Assembly: GCA_030141605.1 (NCBI GenBank)
Contig: JAQGDQ010000223.1
Span: 300,179-364,178 of the forward strand
Direction of reading: 5' to 3'
Length of the DNA stretch: 64,000 bases
Source of the DNA: Tubiluchus corallicola
Taxonomy: Eukaryota; Animalia; Priapulida
Shown here: one piece after another, positions 52,462-64,000 of the stretch
How positions within the stretch are numbered: position 1 is the first letter of the stretch
Layout: every line of letters begins with the position of its first letter
Translations under genes and position numbers: made by a program
The notes under the pieces: generated by a model
What the model was told of the DNA's origin: nothing
Database searches by the model: none
The model's input: the letters and a program-made list of their open reading frames with translations, nothing else

Positions 52462-52825
52462 GTTCTAACACATCTAGTTACACTGTGACCTTGACTTTTT
52501 ATCTTCTAACACATCTACTTAAACTATGACTTCGACCTTTGATCTTTTTATCTTCTAACACATCTAGTTACACTGTGACCTTGACTTTTTATCTTCTAAC
52601 ACATCTACTTAAACTATGACTTTGACCTTTAATCTTTTTATCTTCTAACACATCTAGTTACACTGTGACCTTGACTTTTTATCTTCTAACACATCTACTT
52701 AAACTATGACTTTGACCTTTAATCTTTTTATTTTCGAACACATTTAGTTACACCGTGACCTTGACGTTTGATCTTTTTATCTTCCAACACATTCAGTTAA
52801 ACTGTGACTTTGACCTTTGAACTTT
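52462..52825 (+). repeat. Minisatellite of alternating ~38/45-bp TGACCTT-containing units
   Basis: TTCTAACACATCTAGTTACACTGTGACCTTGACTTTTTATC alternating with a longer variant; single copy near 54778; inverted relative at 62680-63090. Confidence 0.9.
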
Positions 52826-53615
52826 GTTAAATAAAAAATAATGCGGCTCACCTTGGTCGCCTGCACTTACGCATGTGCATCCACAGAACTGCTTAAATTA
52901 AAAAACGTTTTATGGCTAAATATAATTTTTCAGTAGTAAACTAAGAAACACACCAATCCTTGTTTGTTTTGGCAATAATGAGTTTTAAACTAGCGAACTT
53001 GACTGAAGAAATAGCTTCCAGCAACCGCATGATAGTCTAAAATGCAGTAAAATACACACGTGTGACCAAGGCGATCTGTCGTTTAGCTGTGTCTGGTGGA
53101 AAACATTAGCACGCATGCAAACATTTTAAATTTTGTATTAACAATGGGTGGATATACAAACTTAACAGTCTCAAATCAGTTTTATGTTTGACTATCCACA
53201 TTTTGCTGGATAGATAATCTTGACACTGAATAAATTAAGCTTAAGTAATGGGTCATCCGCATTGCAGTGCATTACGAACTTGTTTTTAAGACAGATGACA
53301 ACTACAATAGAATACAATGAATATTACCTTAGTAAATGTAGGTAATATATATGTATTAAAGCAGAATTTTTCACATTTGAGGAAGTCTATGTACCAGAAC
53401 TTAGATTTCATTTGAGGTCTCCAAAATGTGCTTAAATACAGGAAAATGTGTTGGTGTAAACTACACCCCCCCCCACCCCCGCCCATCCAACCAGCTGCTT
53501 CTGCGTCCAATTTTTCAAAATCTGGCGGCTCCCATGTGACCTCACCATGTCTAACACTATGTTTAGTATATTAAATAATTCATATAATTTATAATGCTAG
53601 TATTTTTACTTACAG

Positions 53616-53693
53616 TATGTTCTATACATGGATGGCAGGGGCTCCGTGGAATTCAAGGAAATCGATGAAGATACTGTGGAATTCGGTTCCTGA
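53616..53693 (+). CDS. ABCD3: PMP70 terminal coding exon
   Basis: tttttacttacAG|YVLYMDGRGSVEFKEIDEDTVEFGS*; the EDTVEFGS end is characteristic of ABCD3. Confidence 0.95.
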   Translation, partial: YVLYMDGRGSVEFKEIDEDTVEFGS

Positions 53694-53957
53694 AACAAAA
53701 CGCATTCGAGGAGCATTCCGGGCAGTCCTAGTGCTTCCTAGACATATCATCTTAGCAGTAATTAATGTTAGATAAAGTTCCCCGTGTGATATTTAATGTT
53801 GGATTTCGTGCTTGTTGCTTTTATTGAGTTATTTTAATTAGATGACACTGACAGAGTACGCAGGAGTGCGGGCATCTGCTTTTCCAAGGGGGGTGAAGGG
53901 ACATTGACCAAACAAACGACGCACACATATTAGTTTTCATTCCACAATTTAATTAAC

Positions 53958-53990
<33 letters not shown>

Positions 53991-54540
53991 GCAATCAATC
54001 AATCAATTTATCTCACTTCAGCAATACATATTCAATACATCAACATACAATATTATTGAAACAAAAAGAAACAGTATAGGTAAAAAAACGTTGATGAAGT
54101 CAAATTAACGAAATAAAAGAGTTGCTGTATGACACATTGAAAGCTTGGCTTGTTAGGGTGGCACAAATGAGTGAATGAAAGAATGGTTAGGGTTAGTAGG
54201 CGTGATGGAATGAAAACTATAGTAAGATTAGGGATAGGAAGAAGGAAGGGAGGGGAGGATTAGTGAATGAAAGAATGATTAGGGTTAGTAGACATGATGG
54301 AATGGAAAAAATAGTAAGATTAGGGATAGGAAGAAGGAAAAGTGGAGAAGAAACGACCACAGAGTATGTTTAATTTACATAGAGGTATATTAAAATAGCA
54401 TTATAATTGATTGGACGCCATATATTGCAACTGCATGAGACATGGAAGCATTAAAATTGTATTATAAGTATGAATCAAAAATGGTCCTTTTCAAGTACTT
54501 TTTGAAACTATAACTAGTTTTGTGGGTCATACTTCTACTA
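53958..54540 (-). mobile_element. L2/Crack-like LINE 3' end with (ATTG)n tail
   Basis: (ATCA)n at 53958-54006 on the plus strand; the minus strand near 54480-54530 reads THKTSYSFKKYLKRTIFDSY. Confidence 0.5.
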
Positions 54541-55075
54541 TCAGAATTATTGTGTGTCAAGTGAGCGCCTACAGCTGTAGGGTGGGCTCGGAGCACTTTA
54601 ACTACACATTATACTGTTTGCTGATCACAATGTTATGTATATTTATATATAAAAAACAGAGTTGAAACATCGAAACCTTGAATTAAAATTAAGACGACCC
54701 TTTGCTTTTGAATACAGGAGTGTTGAGTGATCCGTGAAAAGATAATGCGACATGCCGACATCTAAGGTTCTGGGTCATTCTAACACGTCTACTTAAACCA
54801 TGACTTTGAATTTTGAAATGCCCTAGTTTAGAAGGCCTGATCGGGGGGAGGGGAGGGGGTCAAATGATCTGTTTGGTTTGATGGGATGAAGTCAGTGCAC
54901 AGAAGATGTGAGAGTACAGATTAATTATCCGTACATAGCGGTTGACTCTCTAGAGTTGTAGATTCATTAGTTTATGTGTTAGTTTGGTTTAATTAGTGAG
55001 TTTTTGTGTAAAGACAATCACACGGTCGTTTTAGCCGCGTGATCTACATAAGGAAACCAGAAACGTTTTTGCTCG

Positions 55076-56091
55076 GGCAAGTGATTTTGATGTTGTTTCG
55101 AGTCAATAGGTGGCAGTCAACTACACATTTTTGTAGTGCAACCAATGCTGCTTTGGCAAGTCATTTTGGTGTTATTTCTTGTCAATAGGTGGCAGTCAAC
55201 TACACATTTTTGTAGTGCAACGAATGCTGCTTTGGCAAGTCATTTTGGTGTTATTTCTTGACAATAGGTGGCAGTCAACTACACATTTTTGTAGTGCAAC
55301 GAATGCTGCTTTGGCAAGTCATTTTGGTGTTATTTCTTGTCAATAGATGGCAGTCGACTACACATTTTTGTAGTGCAACCAATGCTGCTTTGGCAGGTCA
55401 TTTTGGTGTTATTTCTTGACAATAGGTGGCAGTCAACTACACATTTTTGTAGTACAACCAATGCTGCTTTGGCAAGTCATTTTGGTGTTATTTCTTGACA
55501 ATAGGTGGCAGTCAACTACACATTTTTGTAGTGCAACGAATGCTGCTTTGGCAAGTCATTTTGGTGTTATTTCTTGTCAATAGATGGCAGTCGACTACAC
55601 ATTTTTGTAGTGCAACCAATGCTGCTTTGGCAGGTCATTTTGGTGTTATTTCTTGACAATAGGTGGCAGTCAACTACACATTTTTGTAGTACAACCAATG
55701 CTGCTTTGGCAAGTCATTTTGGTGTTATTTCTTGACAATAGGTGGCAGTCAACTACACATTTTTGTAGTGCAACGAATGCTGCTTTGGCAAGTCATTTTG
55801 GTGTTATTTCTTGACAATAGGTGGCAGTCAACTACACATTTTTGTAGTGCAACCAATGTTGCTTTGGCAAGTCATTTTGGTGTTATTTCTTGACAATAGG
55901 TGGCAGTCAACTACACATTTTTGTAGTGCAACCAATGCTGCTTTGGCAAGTCATTTTGGTGTTATTTCTTGACAATAGGTGGCAGTCAACTACACATTTT
56001 TGTAGTACAACCAATGCTGCTTTGGCAAGTCATTTTAATGTTGTTTCGTGTCGATAGGTAGCAGTTAACAACACATGTTTGCAGTGCAACC
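55076..56091 (+). repeat. Minisatellite, 79-bp unit, ~13 copies
   Basis: Unit GGCAAGTCATTTTGGTGTTATTTCTTGACAATAGGTGGCAGTCAACTACACATTTTTGTAGTGCAACCAATGCTGCTTT; first and last copies diverged. Confidence 0.96.
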
Positions 56092-57344
56092 AAATTTTGC
56101 ACAGAAACTGTAACTAAATTGTGCTAATTGCATGCTGTTTCAAACATTTTAATAACAAACAACATACGTGGTTAAATCGCTGAATTATTCAAATTTGTGA
56201 TTAGGTTTGACACTCACCCCCATCGATAATTCCACACAAACAAAAAGTGAGTTAATCTGTTTATAATCCATCCTCTAATAATTACACTATGTGAAAAAGT
56301 GTATGTGCTCGTCTTTCACACATTGTATCCTGTTTAATTTAGTGCGTAAATATAATTATTCTAATTGTACATAGAAATTTGTTTCTTAAAAATTACTGTG
56401 ATCACTGTTGGCATGTAGATACAGATCATTGTATGTGTAATCCTTTAATTGCTAACGATTTAAATTTAAAATTTAGTTACATTGATTAATTAACAAGATT
56501 ATCAAATTAACTTTTGGCACTTTGACAATGTCACGTGAATTTGGTATACTGCTTTCTGCTGATGTTGAAATTGAGTTCATTCAAATGCTATGAAGTTTGG
56601 TGACTGAGGATAGGTTACATTTATACATACATATTTCACTAAAATCATATTTTTTAGGTGAATAAATTCCGTTTTTCGTGACTAATTGTCAAGTTACAAA
56701 ATTGTTATTAAGCTTCTTGTTAAACTTATTGTTTCATTTGTATGTTATAATTACTTATAGCATTGTTATACTGTTTAGAACATTTTAGTTAAATATGCCT
56801 ACCAATGTTGTAATTCCAGAATGGAAGTGTAGATTGATTGTAATAATAAATTTTTAATAGACTATCAAGATGTTTTAAATTGTAATTTATAATGTTAGAT
56901 TTTCATTTGGGTAAATAATATACAGTTTTCGTCCATAATAAAGTTTTTTTCAGAAAAATGCAATAGACTAGTGTTTTTTAATAATGATAATCATGTTGTC
57001 ACTTTAGAGGGCTGTAGGTTTAAGTACTTTACAACGCAATGTATTCATAAAAGAAAAAAAAACATTAACCTACACCACTAATAAAAATTATATTTGAAAA
57101 CGTTTGTCAAGTGACACCTGAAATGGCACTAACAAGGTTTTGGCAGAGCCCTGTATCATTTACTATGTACGTAGTAACTGATACAGGGCTCTGGCCTTCC
57201 CTTGTATAAATGCGAGTGAAAAAAGCAAAACTGAATTAATCTTGGACGTAGATTTCTGTTATTGCGTCAAAGCATTTTCCTGGTTTTGCAATCGTAGATT
57301 TAATCTTTTGTAATGTTCTACAATTTTAATCTTTCGTTTTATTA

Positions 57345-57425
57345 CCTGCAGATAGGAGTGGGTGGATTACTCTAATTAACGCTAATGTCCAATACAGACG
57401 GAATGAGTCGTTAAGAAAAGAAGTC
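57345..57425 (+). mobile_element. Very short RTE 3' end related to 46570-46650
   Basis: Shares CAGATAGGAGTGGGTGGA and aatgtc...aga.ggaa.tgag blocks; ends in aagaaaagaag. Confidence 0.55.
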
Positions 57426-58908
57426 GTTATCACTAATCAGTGTAACGTTTGTGATCGATTTCTCAAATTCTTAGAGCTGCGGTTTTGATAGTTTAGAAGC
57501 GTTGGACGGTGTTGATTGTTATTCTGGTCTAGTTGAGGTCCATGAAATTGTTTAAGTAACTCTTCAATAGTAGTATGTCGTGCAGAAGAGTTCTGGTACA
57601 GCAACCATAATATGCAAGAAGCTGCAGATATAACCGGTCACCAAAATTTAAATGCAGTGCTAGAATTTTAATCGAGTAATGCTCCTGCATGAATCAATGC
57701 ACAACAGAAGGTGTTGCGCATGTCTGTAGGTTCTATCTATTGCCTGGATAATGTGGCCAGACATGATTTCTTTCTTTTTGAAAATTTAAAATAGCTTGAT
57801 ACCAAAAAACATTTTAATGGAGAAATTTGCTGCAGAACAAAACAGTTTAGTAAGAAAATTAAAAGTCTGCAATCATCAAATTAATGACAGCTTAGAGCAC
57901 GCATTGCTATATTGTCCGTTATGGTTAATCATAAAAAAGGGCTGGATAATTTCAAATAAACGGTCAGAAAAGAAATATTTCACAAGTATTGAGAGTAGCA
58001 CACCCGAATGGTAATCACCTGCATTCTTTTTCCCCAGTAATCTTAATAAAAAGTGACGATGCTCAACTGGTTACTGAACACATTATAATCTTGATCACAG
58101 GTTTTCTCAGTTCTCGCTCCATTTCATCTTTCATTCACTACTCCCCCCACATTTATGTATATATTATCATTATTTCAATTATTAATCATTTCTTTAAGAT
58201 TTCCACGTACAGTTTGGCCTGTCAAGCTATGCTTTTAGGCTCAAACTGTATGCATCAAAATTATTCTGTAATGTAATTTGCACATGTATATGCTGCATAA
58301 GAATCTCTTTTGTAATTTCTAGATAATATTGCATTTATATTTATATTTACTTCAGTGAAAAATTATCTGTAAGATGCAGAGTGGAAATAAATAAACTTAA
58401 CTAACTAAATTCATACAAGGAGTTATATGCAAAATTATTAGAAAGGGACAGATGGTTGCTCTGCAATTGTTTTTAAAGGTTTTTTATTTATGAAATTGTG
58501 CAAAACCATATCTGCATGACAAGACCTATGAGAGACGCTATGACTATGAGCTAAGACTTTTTTTAATGGATTATTTACGAAGAATTCACTTTTACTGCTT
58601 TTATATTCACCTTTACACAAGTCGATGTGCACCATTTTGACACGTTCCTCAAAATATTGATTTATGAAATGCGACCAGCCCGTATTCAACTCATTCAGTA
58701 ATGGAAAATCTATACTTCAATAAGTAGTATCATAAATAACCATTTATTCTCTTTGGAACCATTAATCTGACTTACACTGCCCTAGCAAAACTTACAATAT
58801 GTAAGTAAAATAACCACCAAATGGCACTATAAACGATACTCAAAGTCGTAATTACATATTATATTTTCCTTTCTCAACTTTCAGGTTTATTGCTCTTATA
58901 CAATTGCT

Positions 58909-59738
58909 ATTATTACATCATTTACTTCATCCTTATTTACATTGAGTTATCTACAGAAGTATGCATAACTATAATCATTATTTCATTTAAGTAAGGTGAG
59001 TGTATTAATGACCGTATGGTCGTACACTCACCTCGCACTACTCAAATTATTACATCATTTACTTCATCCTTATTTACATTAAGTTATCTACAGAAGCATG
59101 CATAATTATAATCATTTTTTCATTTAAGTAAGGTGAGTGTGTTAATGACCGTATGGTCGTGGTCGTACAATCACCTCGCACTACTCAAATTATTACATCA
59201 TTTACTTCATCCTTATTTACATTGTTGTCTACAGAAGCATGCATAACTATAATCATTATTTCATTTAAGTAAGGTGAGTGTATTAATGACCGTATGGTCG
59301 TACACTCACCTCGCACTACTCAAATTATTACATCATTTACTTCATCCTTATTTACATTGAGTTATCTACAGAAGCATGCATAACTATAATCATTATTTCA
59401 TTTAAGTAAGGTGAGTGTGTTAATGACCGTATGGTCGTACACTCACCTCGCACTACTCAAATTATTACATCATTTACTTCATCCTTATTTACATTGAGTT
59501 ATCTACAGAAGCATGCATAACTATAATCATTATTTCATTTAAGTAAGGTGAGTGTGTTAATGACCGTATGGTCGTATACTCACCTCACACTACTCAAATT
59601 ATTACATCATTTACTTCATCCTTATTTAGATTAAGTTATCTACAGAAGCATGCATAACTATAATCATTTTATCATATAAGTAAGGTGAGTGTGTTAATGA
59701 CCGTATGATCGTACACTCACCTCACACTACTCAAATTA
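58909..59738 (+). repeat. Minisatellite, 137-bp unit, 6 copies, derived from a LINE 3' UTR stem-loop
   Basis: Unit starts near 58909, 59046, 59189, 59324, 59461 and 59598; each has AGGTGAGTGT..GACC GTAT GGTC..ACACTCACCT. Preceded by an LWN-containing remnant (~58750) and followed by AATAAATTCATAATTCATA. Confidence 0.93.
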
Positions 59739-60515
59739 TTTTATTTAAAGTTCAATAATGTGTTTGATATTGTATTTCTTGATTTGTGAAATAAATTCAT
59801 AATTCATACCGATGCGGTGATTTGTCACTGGTCATCCGCCGAATAATAATAAAATAAATAATTCACAAATAATAAAAGCCACAAAGTTTTTCAGGGATGA
59901 GAATTTTCAGCGGATACGCGGAATTCCGAGTTTTTGGAAGACCAATAGTGTTATTTTTGTAAATTGCGTAAATTCATTGAGAACATTTTTACGGACCCAG
60001 TACATTATTTCACAAACTGACGGCTAGTTGGCAGGCCGTCACTTTGTTTACATCTCGTACATCAGCGTAACCACGTGTATATCTCTATGTATAAAAATAT
60101 AGAATCAATTGTGCAGAGTTATTTGAGTCAATTGCAGACAGTTTTTATATACTTTTGCATAGGAACGGCCAGTACTTAGGTGTTTTTAAGACAGTTAGGT
60201 ATCATGTATCCTTGATAGTTGGGTGTTTTAAATTATGCATGAAACAAGGTAATTGGTATTCTAAGTCCACCAACTGGGCTTTGCCCTCTTGAATCCCAGT
60301 GGGGGCCTTGGTGACTCCAAAACCCGCGGCCTGTTTCAGAGTTTTTTGCTATTTGTCATTCTCATCCCTGAGTCGTAGGTGGCATGGTATCAACTAACCA
60401 AAAATTTGACGAAATTCCAGAATCTTGGCACGAGTTCACAACAGCAATCCCGGCTCCAAACATGGGGAAAACCAAGTCACAGACCATCAATGGTAAATCA
60501 GCCTCGGTACCAATT

Positions 60516-61093
60516 CTTCTTCTTCTTCTTCTCAGCTTTTCCCTATGCGGGGTCGCCGTTGTGAATGAGTCTTCTCCATGCATTCCTGTTGTTGACCATC
60601 TCTTCATTTATGTTCTTCTCTCTAAGATCCCCGTTTATGCATTCAAACCATCTCAGCTTGGGTCGTCCTCTTTTTCTATTTCCCAGCACTTCCATGTCCA
60701 TGGCCTCCCTTCCCACGTGATCTTCCCCGACTCTCCTTCTCAGGTGCCCATACCATCGCAATCTTGCCTCTTGTATCTTTTTCGAGGCTTCCACTACTTT
60801 CACTGTTCCTCTAATATTACTATTCCTGATTTTATCCCTTCTTGTTACTCCCATCATCCATCTCAACATCCTCATCTCTGCCACATCCATTTTCTTCTCT
60901 TCGGTCTTCTTTAGAGGTGCTACTTCCAGCCCATATATTAGGGCGGGTCTGACCACTGCTTTGTGAACTTTACCTTTAAGTCTCGCTGGAATCCTCTTAT
61001 CGCATATCACACCCGAAACTTTTCGCCAGTTATTCCAACCACACTGAATCCTGAAATTCACCTCCTTTTCCATTCCTGCAGTCTCATCTATCC
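60516..61093 (-). mobile_element. 5'-truncated young RTE-clade LINE with 15-bp target-site duplication
   Basis: Uninterrupted ORF2 C-terminus (KVHKAVVRPALIYGLE...EMRMLRWMMGVTRRDKIRN...RLRWYGHL..R..GRPK.RW), (GAA)n tail, and TSD GCCTCGGTACCAATT at 60501-60515 and 61094-61108. Confidence 0.93.
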
Positions 61094-61272
61094 GCCTCGG
61101 TACCAATTACAACTCTTATATTAGCTAAAGTTACGTGGGAATGAAAAAGTGGAACACTTGGTCCCTTTTGACCGTCTATCCTCCTCCGGAGAATATTGAT
61201 TTTGCAACAAGCTGATTGATTTATTATAATTGTAAATGTATTTACAAAAGATTTCTTGTCTGTTCAGTAAAA

Positions 61273-61416
61273 ATGGAGTCTTGCAATGAAAAGAAGAAAG
61301 ATGGGAAAATCTCTCTAGCTGAGAGGTTAGATGAACAACTTGATGAATATGTTGACTCCCTTATGAACAAAGAATATAAATACAAAGATGGCTTCTCTGA
61401 GGCAAACTGGGAAGAG
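61273..61416 (+). CDS. TTC4: TTC4/Cns1/Dpit47 Hsp70-Hsp90 co-chaperone, coding exon 1
   Basis: MESC...LAERLDEQLDEYVDSL...YKDGFSEANWEE|GTAAGG resembles the Dpit47/TTC4 N-terminus. An acceptor tgttcAG 6 nt before the ATG suggests an upstream UTR exon. Confidence 0.8.
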
Positions 61417-61447
61417 GTAAGGAGGATGTACCTGATGAATGTATGCA

Positions 61448-62178
<731 letters not shown>

Positions 62179-62333
62179 TAATAGAGCAGGCCATGTCATC
62201 AGCTGCTGGTGTTTGACTTGCAGTGTGCTAAACTTTGCCACGAAGCCATTGTTCAATCTCTCAGGTGCTCAGTATGGTCGCACTTTAGACTAACAATCTT
62301 ATCAAGGCACTAAATTGCACGTTACCGTTATAG

Positions 62334-62451
62334 GAGATGGAGAATCATCCGGCGTTTATGACGCGGCAGCTGAATGAGGGAGAAGAAGTGCCGGAACTTG
62401 TGTCGGCGTTACAGGCTTTGAAGTACGAGGATGAAGATGATACGCCAGAAG
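62334..62451 (+). CDS. TTC4: TTC4 coding exon 2 (gene continues past the right edge)
   Basis: ccgttatAG|EMENHPAFMTRQLNEGEEVPELVSALQALKYEDEDDTPE(G|GTTTGT); HPxFM and LQxLKY motifs of the TTC4/Cns1 family. Confidence 0.85.
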
Positions 62452-62679
62452 GTTTGTCTATCTTGCTGGAAGGGTATTGAATATGAGGCGTGCCACAGCT
62501 TTAAAAATTTGCAACAAACAAGTCATCCTCATTCATGGCAAATTGGGGTATGGGCTAGAACAGGGGGACATTGAGAAATGCCTCTTAATCTGTCTGTTCG
62601 TTTACCAATAGCAATTTGTGATTTACCCCCTGAGGTCTATCCACATTTTCTAGAAGTATCCTTGTGTAAAAGAGAAGCC

Positions 62680-63090
62680 AGAAAGGTCAAAGGTCAAAGT
62701 CACAGTGTAACTGAATGTGTCGGAAGATAAAAAGTTAATTTCACGGTGTAACTGAATATGTTGAAAGATAAAAAGATAAAATGTCAAGGTCACAGTGTAA
62801 CTGAATATGTTGAAAGATAAAAAGATAAAATGTCAAGGTCATCGTGTAACTAAATGTGTTAAAAGATAAAAAGATAAAAAGTCAAGTCACAGTTTAACTA
62901 AATGTGTTAGAAGATAGAAAGTTCAAAGGTCAAAGTCACAGTTTAATTAAATGCATTAGGAGATAAAAGGATCAAAGGTGAAGGTCACAGTGTAACTAGA
63001 AGTGTTATAAGATAAAAAGTTCAAAGGTCAGAGTCACGGTTTAACTAAATGTGTTAGAAGATAAAGAGATCAAAGGTCAAAGTCGTGGGA
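62680..63090 (-). repeat. AGGTCA-rich ~38-46-bp minisatellite, reverse complement of the 52462-52825 family
   Basis: Units such as AAGGTCACAGTGTAACTRAAT.TGTT.RAAGATAAAAAG. Confidence 0.9.
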
Positions 63091-64000
63091 TACCTTGACA
63101 GTTTTTCATTGACGACTGTAAAACTTCAAATGATTGAAATGTATGAAGACTTGGCAGAAGTTTATTTAGGTGAATGTCAGAAGATAGATGTCAAAGGTCA
63201 AAGGTCAAAAGTCATCAAACACGATAACGTAGAGTACAGAAATTTGCTAAACCTGAACTGTGGTGAACTTTGTTAAACTTGGTCAATAGGTTAGCTTAAA
63301 CTACAGCTTTAAAGCACAAGAAAGCCCTTCATCGATATGAAGCTTCAAAAATTCATCTCGAAATTTTATACCACTTACATACTACTTTTTCATATGCATG
63401 GCTTGCATCGGCCATAACGCTGTATAAAACGTGGAAATTTAAACTCCCACGATGACCGTTAGACTCAGCCATTTTAATGGTAGGTCGTTTGAAACAAGTT
63501 TTGGTATCATTAAGTAAAGTTTGAAAAAATAATCAGTGCATTCGTAGCATACATGTTGCTAATTAAGTAAAATTTTAAATTACTGTATCTTGTCAAGAAG
63601 ATTAAAAATACTTTTTTTGCTAGTGAGTGGCGCACCCTGGAGGGTGAGCCAGCGACATCTCACCATTCGCACAAACATTTTAAATCATTCGTCTAGTTAC
63701 ATAAGTCTTTCCAGAAGGTAAATGAAATGCTAAGTAATATAGATTTGCACGGAAGGTTTTTTTTGGGTCATAATTTAACATTTCCTTTTCTTCGCCTGAT
63801 TTACGTTTGCGCAGTGACAACATGTAATGGCGCCATCGGAACAGCATTGCGGGAGATTTAAAATGAAAGCAAACAAAAAATCCTTTCAACGCGAATATAA
63901 TATGTGCATAAAATTGCTGTAAAGTAGTCTAATTTTTAAAGTGATTTTTCTGAAACCTACTTCAGGTGCCCCATTTCTTGTCCTTTAAACTTGTGTATTT

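Noticed and set aside
58438-58689. 83-aa minus-strand ORF
   Set aside because: Lies among decayed LINE pieces; no motif that I can assign.
49443-59738. CRISPR arrays
   Set aside because: Repeats are head-to-tail with no unique spacers, there are no cas genes, and the context is eukaryotic and intronic.

Overview
Eukaryotic, AT-rich, intron-containing animal DNA. An alpha-type octopamine receptor points to an invertebrate, probably a protostome. No prokaryotic genes, rRNA, bona fide tRNA or CRISPR array are supported. Genes: the first two coding exons of an aldo-keto reductase (minus strand, running off the left edge); an intronless-CDS alpha-adrenergic-like octopamine receptor (25973-27637, minus); a small three-exon DOK-type IRS-PTB gene (47814-49377, plus); the last three exons of peroxisomal ABCD3/PMP70 (50133-53693, plus), whose upstream exons are not in the window; and the first two coding exons of TTC4 (61273-62451, plus). 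The left ~47 kb is mostly decayed MITEs, SINEs, LINE 3' ends and microsatellites. The right ~15 kb is dense in young 40-140 bp minisatellites. The most striking feature is an ABCD3 intron built largely from 29 tandem copies of its own 3' splice site plus the first 45 nt of the downstream exon. Simple splicing to any of these decoy acceptors gives a premature stop, but each unit also carries an AG|GT that could excise whole units seamlessly. Exon, array-unit and TSD coordinates were read by hand; decayed-repeat boundaries are approximate.
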